A stretch of DNA of 64,000 nt from Octopus bimaculoides (lineage: Eukaryota). Where the stretch lies: positions 32,389,027 through 32,453,026 of the forward strand of contig NC_068984.1 of NCBI RefSeq assembly GCF_001194135.2, in the 5' to 3' direction. Made by a program: the position numbers and the translations under genes. Positions 53,730-64,000 of this stretch are shown here, piece after piece; the first letter of the stretch is position 1; each line of letters begins with the position of its first letter. The notes below the pieces were generated by a model. The model searched no databases, was not told the DNA's origin, and saw nothing but the letters and a program-made list of their open reading frames with translations.

Positions 53730-54450
53730 ATAAGTTTAGTATAGTTAACCTACCTATGGGGTTAAAATTGGCTAATGTTACTTTTACCACTAGGATAGAT
53801 GTTAAATTTTCCAGACATTCTATAAAAAAAGCATAGAGAAAAATGTATCCCCACTGCTGAGAAATACAGTAACAATTTGTTATTTACAAGGGTGGCTTTT
53901 CATAAGGGGTTCCAAGAGTAACAAAAATCTGATTGTTTGATGATGAAAAGGAAAAGAATGAAATGGCTGAAGAGTTATTTTTGAATGACAAAGAACTGCT
54001 AGTTGATGAATTGATTATTGAAATTTGTTATTAGATCAACAATTCACAAGCTAGACAGGTTGAAGCAGAGTTGTATATACCAGGTAAATCTAGTTCAAAT
54101 CCTCAGTTCACCCAGCTATAACTTGGTTGCAAAGGAAATGTTGCTTTGCAAAGTATAATTGTACTACTGATATTTTCATCAATTTTGGGATGTTGTGCTC
54201 AAAACCTGACATGGCTTTAGACTATAGGAATTGTTCACTTACTTTTGATATATTACATAGCATGACATTGTAGGTATATGGCATGACATAGTAGGTACTT
54301 CTGCTGGCATGGCTTTCGACTTTAGGCATTGCTAATTTTAGTGACACTAGCTTGGAGATGGTAAAAACCTTCACTAAATGGTTAAGTTTCACCCATATTT
54401 AATTTTGAAACTGCTTTTGTGAATATCTCTTAAAGCTTAAGGAAAACATT
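53730..54450 (+). mobile_element. Possible piggyBac-like or other DNA transposon remnant
   Basis: TTAA-bounded start and an acidic broken frame (FDDEKEKNEMAEELFLNDKELLVDELI); family not secure. Confidence 0.2.
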
Positions 54451-56197
54451 CTAAGACTTATGACCAAATAAGTAATTTTATACAAGTCTCATGCATATGA
54501 ATTTGTTAAAGAATCATAAATTTTCTCAGTATAAGTGCCTATCTACAGCTCAGTTCCATACCTATGTACCTTCAAATCACTGTTAGTACTAAAAAATTCC
54601 ATCACCCTATCTAATACTGACAAAAAGTTTTCAGTGATGTTATGATATTACTTTTGAAAGAGTCAGACTGTAAGTAATTGAGAGGGGGGGAGGGGAAAGA
54701 GAGAGGGGAGAGAGGGAAAGAGAGAGAGAGAGAGAAGCTATGTTTGATGCATTACAAAGAATGACAGTTTCCACTGCTTGGGTTACGAATAACTGAAAAG
54801 ATTCATAACTATAATACTACAGGAGTTGACATATCATTGGTCTTTAAAATGCCTCAGAACAGCTTAATAATAACAGGGCAGAACTGATTTTTTTCCATCA
54901 TGATTTGATCATGAATTAACCTTCATGAGCTCTCTGAGATTTCTGAGCTTGATGTGATGTTTTTCTTGAACAACTGTATGCTGATGACTGTAAACATATG
55001 AATATGGGTAAAATGTTGGTGGTGGTTAGTAGACAGGTCTGGGATGGGCATAGGTTAGACTCTATGGGTAACAGAAGGAGAAGAGAGATGGAGGCTTGTA
55101 CCAGGTTGTACTAATTTTGTAAAGCTTCACTCAGTTGAAGCATGTAAGTTTGAAAGGTTTATCAATTTGTTTATTGTTTTCATAGTAAAGAATGAAATGG
55201 TGAGGCCAATTAAAGAATTCAGGATTAGAAAACAAACTTAGTAGATTTCACCTGTAGAGTAAATGTAGAGCTTTTTGTTCTTAAACCAAAGTTGGGAACA
55301 ATGTGTGATAGATCTTGAGAAATTAAAATGGCACATATGTATTAGCCAAATATCCAACATCTTTCAGTTTATATTAAGGTTCAGTGTCTTAGATTTTTAT
55401 GTGAGACTATGAAAAGGGATATGCCTCCATCATATACTATAGAAATAGTTAAGACCATATAGAGCCAACGTGGGCATATCTATGTGGCTGGTTGATTTGT
55501 TAGAAATAGTAGGCAAATCTCTCCATTTCATATCTTTTGTTCATAAATAAAGGATACATTAGATAATGTTATACATAACACTAAAATGATAAAATAGCCA
55601 TGATGGAATGCCTTGATTATAGCTCTATTGGATCAAAGTTAACCTTGATCTAAAAATCAAGAAATGAGAGAAAAGCAACATCTCTGACAAAATGCATTGA
55701 AATATTTATAGATTCCTATTGACAAGGATTTATTGGTAAAAACGTATTCTCAAAGAACAGATATGGTTTATTGGTTTTAGTTCAGAAAATTTAATGTTCA
55801 GAAATAGCAAATTAAGAATTTGATTCCAGCTAGAATAATTTCCTTTCACTTGTATTGCTAATATCATTTGAGAAATACATGCATATTACATCCCACTTTC
55901 CTGTCACTCATGAAAATATTAGACTCCATATATTTGACACATGGAAAAGTGAAGGAATCTCCTTTTTGTCAGTTTACTATGACATTGTTAAATAACTACC
56001 ATCACACAGATATTGTTGAGTAATTGCAAGGGTAAAAGAAACAGAAAATCTATATCTGTTGATAAATTTTCTGTCCTTAAAAAAATATATCCTTCATCTT
56101 CTTCAATTTGATAAAGGCACAGACCTAATATTCTTTATGGCAGGTGGTGGTGGTGGGTTTCTTGACTGGAATTTTGAACTGTTTATGTGCTTGATGT

Positions 56198-56578
56198 GGA
56201 GGCGCAATGGCTCAGTGGTTAGGGCAGCGGACTCGCAGTCATAGGATCACGGTTTCGATTCCCAGACTAGGCGTTGTGAGTGTTTATTGAGCGAAAACAC
56301 CTAAAGCTCCATGAGGCTCCAGCAGGGGATGGTGGCGAACCCTGCTGTACTCTTCCACCAAAACTTTCTCTCACTCTTACTTCCTGTTTCTGTTGTGCCT
56401 GTAATTCAAAGGGTCAGCCTTGTCACACTGTGTCACACTGAATATCCCCGAGAACTACGTAAAGGGTAGACGTGTCTATGGAGTGCTCAGCCACTTGCAC
56501 GTTAATTTCACGAGCAGGCTGTTCCGTTGATCGGATCAACTGGAACCCTCGACATCGTAAGTGACGGAGTGCCAACAA
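56198..56578 (+). mobile_element. Family B SINE (tRNA-Arg-like head), full length with target site duplication
   Basis: A and B boxes, GGACTCGC anticodon-like loop; TGCTTGATGT flanks both sides (56188-56197, 56581-56590). Confidence 0.92.
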
Positions 56579-57224
56579 TATGCTTGATGTAGCTACTTAG
56601 TTACTTTTCTACAACTGTTTGTAAGTTTAAGAGTTGGTTATAGCTGTTCTGGTGTTTGATACTGTCTATGTGTTTGAAAACAATTATCTGGTTCTTGATG
56701 TAACTGCTTGGATGTCTGACGTAACTGTTCTCAGATATCCTTAAAAGCACCCATGCAAACAACCAAACCAGATGAACAGACCAAAGCAGCTACATTTTTT
56801 GTGGTTGTTTAATTACAAAGTGTAATGCTGCATAATAGCATATCATGGGAATTAAATGAGGAGGATATGCAAAGGCTAGGAAGAAATGAGGTAAGCAGCA
56901 TTTTCTGCTGGCTGTGTAATGTTAGAGTGCATAGACAATAGAGCACAAATGAACTGAGGAAAAAATATGGTCTAAAATAATCAAACGCGGGAGTGACTGT
57001 GTGGTAAGTAGCTTGCATACCAACCACATGGTTCCGGGTGCAATACCACTGNNNNNNNNNNNNNNNNNNNNNNNNNNNNNNNNNNNNNNNNNNNNNNNNN
57101 NNNNNNNNNNNNNNNNNNNNNNNNNNNNNNNNNNNNNNNNNNNNNNNNNNNGCTCGACTAAAGGTGGTGCTCCAGCATGACCGCAGTGAAATGACTGAAA
57201 CGAGTAAAAGAGTATGCAGGATTC

Positions 57225-57480
57225 ACAGGTGAAGGCTACACTGGTATAGACACATAATGCATATAGTGAATGACATTTAGAGAGAAAATGACAAGTGATC
57301 TAAATGGAAGGAACCAAGAAAGGTATAAGATGGAAGAAGACATGAAAAGAAATGGTGAAAGATGATCTCAAAAGTCTGAGCCTTTCAGAGCAGATGGTAA
57401 AGAATCACTACAAATGATCACACACCATTACAGAGAAGATTTGTCTAAACCCTGCAAGTCTTGAAATGCAGATATAATAT
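57225..57480 (+). mobile_element. Decayed RTE C-terminal fragment
   Basis: RLHWYRHIMHI and MVKDDLKSLSLSEQM. Confidence 0.5.
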
Positions 57481-58330
57481 TATGGCAATGATTACATGTT
57501 AGATTAGGAAAATGATGGTAATGGTGCAAAATATTAATAATGATTTCTGATTTTGGTACAAGAATGCACAAGTATCTTCAATAGAATATATTCAATTGAA
57601 TCAGTCCAATGATTTGAAGAGTTCTTAATTTATCTCTCTGAAAAGGGATGGAAGTCAAAGTTGACCACAATGAGATTTGTATTTAGTTCATAGAGGAAGG
57701 GAACTAAATACTAATGTGGCCCTCTTCCATTTCTGCTAATCCACTATGCCTAAGAAACAAAACATTATTACCAACAATAATAATGCTGATAATTTCAGAA
57801 ATAATAATAAGAGCAGAAGGCTTTCTTCACTATTCGTCAGTTTCTGCTGTATATTTCCTTTTAATTACCACGATATTTGGCATATTTAGGTTGTTATTTC
57901 CTTCACAATGGAGTGTTTCTCTGCCTGCATCTGCACTAAATGCATAAATCAAGACACCAATTTGATTGTTCTCTCAGACTTAGGCCTCTGTCAAGATTTA
58001 TCTCATTAGATTATGTGCCAAGTTTATTACAGTCAAATCTTTAGCATTGCTACTTCCACAATTTTCCTGTTTCTTGCTACAGCAGCAAGAAAATGTTAAA
58101 TAGACTAATGCTAATTTTACGATACTTCAGATTGAAGCACTTTACAACAATCTTCAACACTACCATACATTATCTCTCCCTCTTCTTTTCTTTCTTTCAT
58201 TGTTTGTTTGTTTGCTTCTTTCTTTCTTTCTGTCTTTGTCTGTCTCTCTCTCCCTCCCTGCCCCCTCTCTCTCCCTCCCTGCCCCCTCTCTCTCTCCCTC
58301 CCTGCCCCCTCTCTCTCATGTTTTTAATTT

Positions 58331-58514
58331 TATTTAACTTTCAGTTCTATATTTAAGAGATGAGGAATTATGTACATTATTTACATTTGACGGATATTTG
58401 TCCTCATCTTGTTTGTTGTTAACAACGTTTCGGCTGATATACCCTCCAGCATTCATCAGGTGTCTTAGGGAAATTTCGAACCTGGATTCTCATTCCTAAG
58501 GTATTTTTCGATGA

Positions 58515-58555
<41 letters not shown>

Positions 58556-58628
58556 TCACTGCCTGGAATCGAACACGGAATCTTACGGTTAGTAGCCCAT
58601 GCTCTTAACCACTATGTCATATGTCCTC
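58331..58628 (-). mobile_element. tRNA-headed SINE-like element (family H): head, (AAT)n spacer, hammerhead-bearing tail
   Basis: AGTGGTTAAGAGCATGGGCTACTAACCG...GTGTTCGATTCC head; (AAT)n; GACAC-CTGATGA...GAAAC-GTT; second copy at 59158-59296. Confidence 0.75.
58419..58464 (-). ncRNA. Minimal type I hammerhead ribozyme motif
   Basis: GACAC-CTGATGA-AT-GCTG gagggtatat CAGC-C-GAAAC-GTT-GTTAAC; intact core, no stem III loop, only 2 bp of stem I in this copy. Confidence 0.6.
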
Positions 58629-59125
58629 ATCAACTATAAGTTGACGAATCTGAAGGCCTACAAATATGCCCTTTTTAATCTTGGCATCGCTTATTTTAGG
58701 GAGGATCGCTTTGAGGTACTGGAAACATAGCTTGTTATGTTGCAGTGTTTTGGTAAATTGCTTCATTAGGCCTAGTTTTATATGCAGTGGTGGAAAAATG
58801 ATTTTCTCCTTAACTAGTGGCTCGTGATTTACATTAAGGCATCCATGTGTCATAATTCTCTGAGTTGACCATTCTGAGCATACATAATGTTCTGATCTGG
58901 CCCTATTGTCCTACTTGTAAAGGAAGCACATTAACTTGGTGTGTCCAGTTTGTAGCTCATTAAGTAGGGCTACTACATTCAAGCCCACACAAATTAGCCA
59001 CTCATGCTCTTTGTAACTTATGAAGTTTAGAATAAAAGAGAGGTTCTCATATGTCTCTATTAAAATGACTGAGTGAGCAATTGGAACAGAAGGCATGTGT
59101 ACCCAGTGTGCAACAGAACCACTTT
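58620..59125 (-). mobile_element. Chapaev3-like (CMC) transposase fragment
   Basis: SVPIAHSVILIETYENLSFILNFISYKEHEWLICVGL...GHTKLMCFL and HEPLVKEKIIFPPLHIKLGLMKQF...SDAKIKKGIFVGLQIRQL; family assignment from recalled motif. Confidence 0.7.
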
Positions 59126-59157
59126 TATCCTGTAAATAACCTCACTCTATGAATAAC

Positions 59158-59296
59158 TGTGGGCATACGACGGAGTGGTTAAGAGCGTGGGCTACTAACC
59201 GCAAGATTCCGAGTTCAATTCCTGGCAGTGACCTGAATAATAATAATAATAGTAGTAGTATAACATCAAAAAATACCTTAGGAATGAGAACCCAGG
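59158..59296 (+). mobile_element. Family H element, second copy, cut off before the hammerhead
   Basis: GGAGTGGTTAAGAGCGTGGGCTACTAACCGC...GAGTTCAATTCC, (AAT)n, AAAAATACCTTAGGAATGAGAACCCAGGT. Confidence 0.75.
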
Positions 59297-61926
59297 TATT
59301 AGATTAACATTATTACCCTTAAAGCTTAATATACATTATTGCTTTACTGCTTTAACCATCACAGCACATTCTCATTAACGTATTCGGTTAGCCACCAATA
59401 AACTACCATCTTCATCACCGTTATTAGCACAAGAGAAAAATTTGTAATGAAGATGTACAGTTAAATGAATTGCACCAGTATATCACTGGTACGTATTTCA
59501 GCAGCCCTGAAATAATGAATTAGAAAGTTGACTCTGCTCTGTTTCAGATCAATATATACTGCAGCCAGGAGTTCTATCCAACCCTCTTCCATTTCTGCTA
59601 CTCCACTGCTCTCTTCTTCTTCTTTATGTAAATATCATATGCACATTTGTGCTATCAATATCATTATCAAACAGTTACAACCATTACTGCTGACAACAGA
59701 ACTGTGACTTTAAGTCACAGTCTGGAGATAAGCTGCTTTAAATAACAAAACAAATGTGATACTGAATTAGTTCTCAGTTTGGAAATTAAAAGAAGTCAGT
59801 GTTATTTATAGAGACAGAAAATAATTGAGCTTCAAAGGAGCTTTCTTTCTTTCTTTCAGGATTTGTCCCTATGATCTTGACAGAGCTTTATAAACTAGCC
59901 AAACTGATGCAATTAATGTTCCTTTTAAACAGTAGTAAGGCAGCAGTCACAGGAAAAACATGTGCAAGAAAAGAATTCCAGTGGGTGGATTGATGTTTTG
60001 GAGAGGAAAAATTGGTCGTAGTGGTCAGTGCAGGACATAAAATGATAGAAAAAAGAGAAGAGATGAGCAAGTTAGGAGTTCCTGAGAGAAAGTAGTAGGA
60101 GTCAAAGCAGATTCAAGAAAAAGAGGTTGCTGGAGTAGATGTAAGAGAGGTAGAAAGAAGAGACAACATTTCAGTAGGCCAGAGGCTGGAATGTGTTCAT
60201 GTTAAACAGTCAAGTGACCTTTCTTTGGATTTAATCTAGGATGCCAGTGTTCAATGCAGCAGCATTGTCCTCTTTGGGGGAACAGTAGTTTTGGAGGAAT
60301 TTCAACTGACCATTATAGAATATTCACTGGACAACAAATTTTAGGGTCAAGAAAAAAACATAGTTCTCATGTAGATTTTATTATGAAGTTGATTGTGCTA
60401 AATTTGAATTTTGTAACAAAAATTTCCCCATCCCATCACATTTTCTTGTAAATTATCAACTTTATAACTATGCAGTTTATACTAATTTCCACAATACTAT
60501 AAATTCATTTTGCTCCCAAAATCAGATTAAATATGTCCATTGTAATTAATTCAGAAATATATAATGAACTGGCCTGCTTGCTAGCATCATATAATGTACT
60601 AATCTGCTGTAAATAACCTCACTCTATGAATAACCTCCACTCATTTGGTTCATAGGTCAGCTCAAGGGCATTGAATAGGTCTCTGATACCATTACTATGA
60701 GTCAAGTTGTTTTCCAAAGTGAAGAATTGCTGTAGATCTGCAGACCGCTTCCTAAATACTGTAATATGAGCATCTTTATCCAACAGGTTCCATTGTTGCA
60801 GATGTGAGGCCAGGACTTCACTTTGTTCTTAGTATTAGATCACAGACTAGATCATTAAGTTCAGGTTGGGGGATGAAGTGTGGTTTCTTGTCAGATACAC
60901 CACGGATTTGGACCCATAGAGCAACAAAATTATTGAGTGTACTTTTATAATTTTCATAGATTAGGTTAATAAATACATTAGGAATACCCCATTAAAATTA
61001 TATTAAAATCTGTTCATAACTTTTAGAGTTGTCAGTTTTGGCCCAATCCTGATTGCACTTAATTCCTATGGAACCACCAGTATATCTAACGTAAGATGGT
61101 AATTTACAAGAAACTGAAGGGTCACAGAAAGAAACATGTGATCTACGCACAAAATACCCCTAGAAAAGGGTATTCTCATTTCTGTTTTGTTTTCATTGTT
61201 ATACAGTTTAATTGATGATGAATTAAGTATTTTCTAGTTTTGAAAGGAAAGCCAGTGTTTATGCTGCCATTTTTACTTTGGGCATTACTGGAAGGGATTT
61301 TTTGATGGTGAGGTCTAACATTTGTAGCAGCCTTGAGACAACTAGTTACATGCTGTTCAGGTACAGCGTGTGATGGGAAATCGTGCTTTCTTGTTATGTG
61401 TATTGATTAGATGTTTATGTGCTCTTTAATGAGACGTAACTGTCTTGATCCCACTGGAAGATGTTTACAATGTTTCATTTTAATTGAATCATTTAATTAA
61501 GTCAATATAGCTTTAGTGTGAGATGTCAAGGTTGCATGTAGATGGTGCTTAGGTGTAGAAGGTTTGGAAGAAATAAAGAATGGTATTACATGTGCAGGAG
61601 TGGACATTGCTGGGTGTGATGGTAAGTAAGATCTAGAAGCATATGAGTGTTGAGGAAAAAACATGAACACTGGGGCATACCATGGCTGACAGAATGTGGA
61701 TCAGAGAGAGAAAAAGGGCAAGGAGGAGGAGGAGGACATCAGCATATGATACAAGGGTGCAAACTGACAAGAAGACACTGATCTAAGAGAATAAAAAGGG
61801 GAAATACTAACAGAAAGGAAGTTTTGCACACTCTTTACTCTATTTTACTCTTTTACTTGTTTCAGTCATTCTTGAACAATAAATTTAATCCATCACCTAG
61901 TTTAACACCACCTAGTCCAAGAGTAC

Positions 61927-62006
61927 CTTTAGTGAAGTTAAGTCCATAGCCAGAATTCAAGCCAGGTCTATGGTTTAAGAAACTTTCTTTCACCAACTTT
62001 GCTGGT
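61927..62006 (-). CDS. Candidate exon, (R)PAKLVKESFLNHRPGLNSGYGLNFTK
   Basis: ctttcttttttatcag|A...G|gtactc; phase 2-1; strong acceptor, weak donor. Confidence 0.3.
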
Positions 62007-63867
62007 CTGATAAAAAAGAAAGTGGTATCATGGGTTCTACTCTTCCCCACTTGGCTAGATGATTAAAAAAGGAGAGATTTGACTGCTATTTCAAGCAGTG
62101 TGTGTGTGACCTTGTAGATGTTCCCTTTATGTCTCCTCCATTGCAATATTGTTGCACTGATATCCCGCCACCCTCATCTAGCATCTGTTATTGTTTATTG
62201 CAATTTCTTAATGTATTTCTTTATGTCTCACTATTGTGTTGCTGATGTTCTTTCTCTTGTTTTCTTTCAGCTTATGGATGAGAAGTTATAAATAAAAGAA
62301 AGTGAAAGATATAGGATGGCAGAATAAAGCATCATCTTGAAGATTGTTAAAAAAAAAAAAACAGTTTAACACCAGACTGAAGGAAGCAGAAAATTCTGTT
62401 CTTTATGTGTATGAGGGGTGATGGGGATAAGAAATTTTATTATGTTCTGTCATTTGTTGTTTTTATCTTAGTTGTTTTATATTCTAATTTTTGTTTTTAT
62501 TTTTCTTCAAATTAAATTCAAGGAATAAAATTTTTTTGATTATTAGTCTTACTTTTTCCTTATTTATTCATTTATTTACTTATTTTCTATTTTTATGATT
62601 TCTCCAAGGATTTCATAATTAGTTGTCTTTTATGATGACTTTCATTGGCAGAGAAAAATGAACTCAAAATTATTCACCCCCCAACTCATTACCCTTTCCC
62701 TCTTTTGTTCCTTTTCACTCATTTTAAATGTGTTGTATTGGCTTTTAATGTTAACCTCAAGCTGGTCAGAAAACACATGCATGAACACACACACACTACA
62801 CACACAAATTTATGCATTTATATATATATATATATATATATGTTCACACATATATGAATACTATTGTATGTATATGTATGTATACTATTGTATGTATATG
62901 TGTGTGTATACACACACACACACACTTGAGCTTGTATGAAGGAAAGAGTGAGAAAAAGACAGTATTTATATTTATTTTTGGTGGGGTTTGTTCACTTTGT
63001 TTTCAAGTCAAACATGGTACAGCTTTTGTTCTGTTAAACTATCTTTGCATCTATCTCCCAAAAGAATTCTTTATATTACTGAGATGAATTTCGTTATCAA
63101 CTTCAATAAAACTGTTCTTCATTTGTTTATAGTCTTTTCAAAATTATTATTACTATTATTAATCTTTTTTTTTTTTTGTATTTATTTATTTGCCATACAA
63201 CAAACAAACAAAAATTTATATTCTGACACAGAATATAATATATTTCAGAAATAATATATGGATTCCATTTGTAAAACTTTTGAATTTCTTCCACCCTCTG
63301 CTTTGCAACCTATATTATCAGACATACAAACATGCTAAGAACACTTCTCTCCTGTATTCTCCCACCCTTACTAATTTCTTGTCTCTGTCTGAACTTCATT
63401 TTCAATCAGTGTACAAAAAAAATATGGCAGAAAAATGTTCGAGGAGAGAGATCATAAATTTAAGTAAGACATACAGACCAGACACATTAGTTATCAGTTT
63501 TCAAAAGAAATTACTGAAACAATAACATGATTTTGAAATTTTTTAATTTCAGTTTTTTTTTTCTTCTCATATTTGTCATATGCTGACAGCATCAATGGTC
63601 AAATATATATATATATATATGGCAGTTGATCAGAAATAATAATATATAAATTTGTAAAAAACTGTACACTGAATAGTTTGCCCTTGTAATATTTTTCATT
63701 TTGAATTTCTATTCCTCTCTGAATGCATTATGGATATATAGATGTATAGACTCATTTATGTATCTATTATGTGTATATAGGTGTTTCTGATACTGTATAT
63801 ATGCATATGTGGATATATATTTAAGTATACATATATATGCATGTATGTATGTGTGTATGTGTGTGTC

Positions 63868-64000
63868 AAAGTTCAGAGAGCTCTTACCTCTGCTGGCGAC
63901 AAAGGGTCTCTCTCTCAGAGTAAAAGGCAGATTGCATGACGCATGTGTACGAACAGCCATGCTTCATGGCAGTGAAACATGGGCTGAGGACATGCGTAGG
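63868..64000 (+). mobile_element. Start of a 5'-truncated RTE LINE (runs off window)
   Basis: GLSLRVKGRLHDACVRTAMLHGSETWAEDMRR. Confidence 0.8.

Noticed and set aside
54955-55000. QLYADDCK RT motif
   Set aside because: It is probably a very old LINE, but no flanking motifs could be confirmed, so boundaries were not called.
56198-56270. tRNA-Arg-like gene (also tRNA-like heads at 1343, 30679, 59161)
   Set aside because: Each continues into a SINE body and lacks a proper acceptor stem and T-run terminator.

Overview
This is AT-rich eukaryotic DNA, not prokaryotic. The SINE/LINE families, dense (TA)n/(CA)n microsatellites and N-gaps fit a draft cephalopod (Octopus-like) scaffold; the taxon is inferred from recognised repeat families and was not searched. 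Most of the window is intron or intergenic sequence holding several tRNA-derived SINE families, 5'-truncated RTE LINEs, R4/Dong-like RLE retrotransposon fragments, a CR1/L2-like fragment, a decayed Penelope-like element (PLE), and mariner, Tc1 and Chapaev3-like DNA transposon remnants. Almost all listed ORFs are microsatellite, gap or decayed-TE artefacts. Short candidate exons read by eye suggest one or two unidentified spliced genes on the minus strand. The most interesting signal is a set of minimal hammerhead-ribozyme (HHR) motifs in at least three non-coding repeat families. One family has a tRNA/Pol III head fused to an HHR tail, two occur as inverted pairs, and a decayed PLE that could represent the mobilising family lies in the same window. 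TE boundaries are approximate (tens of bp).
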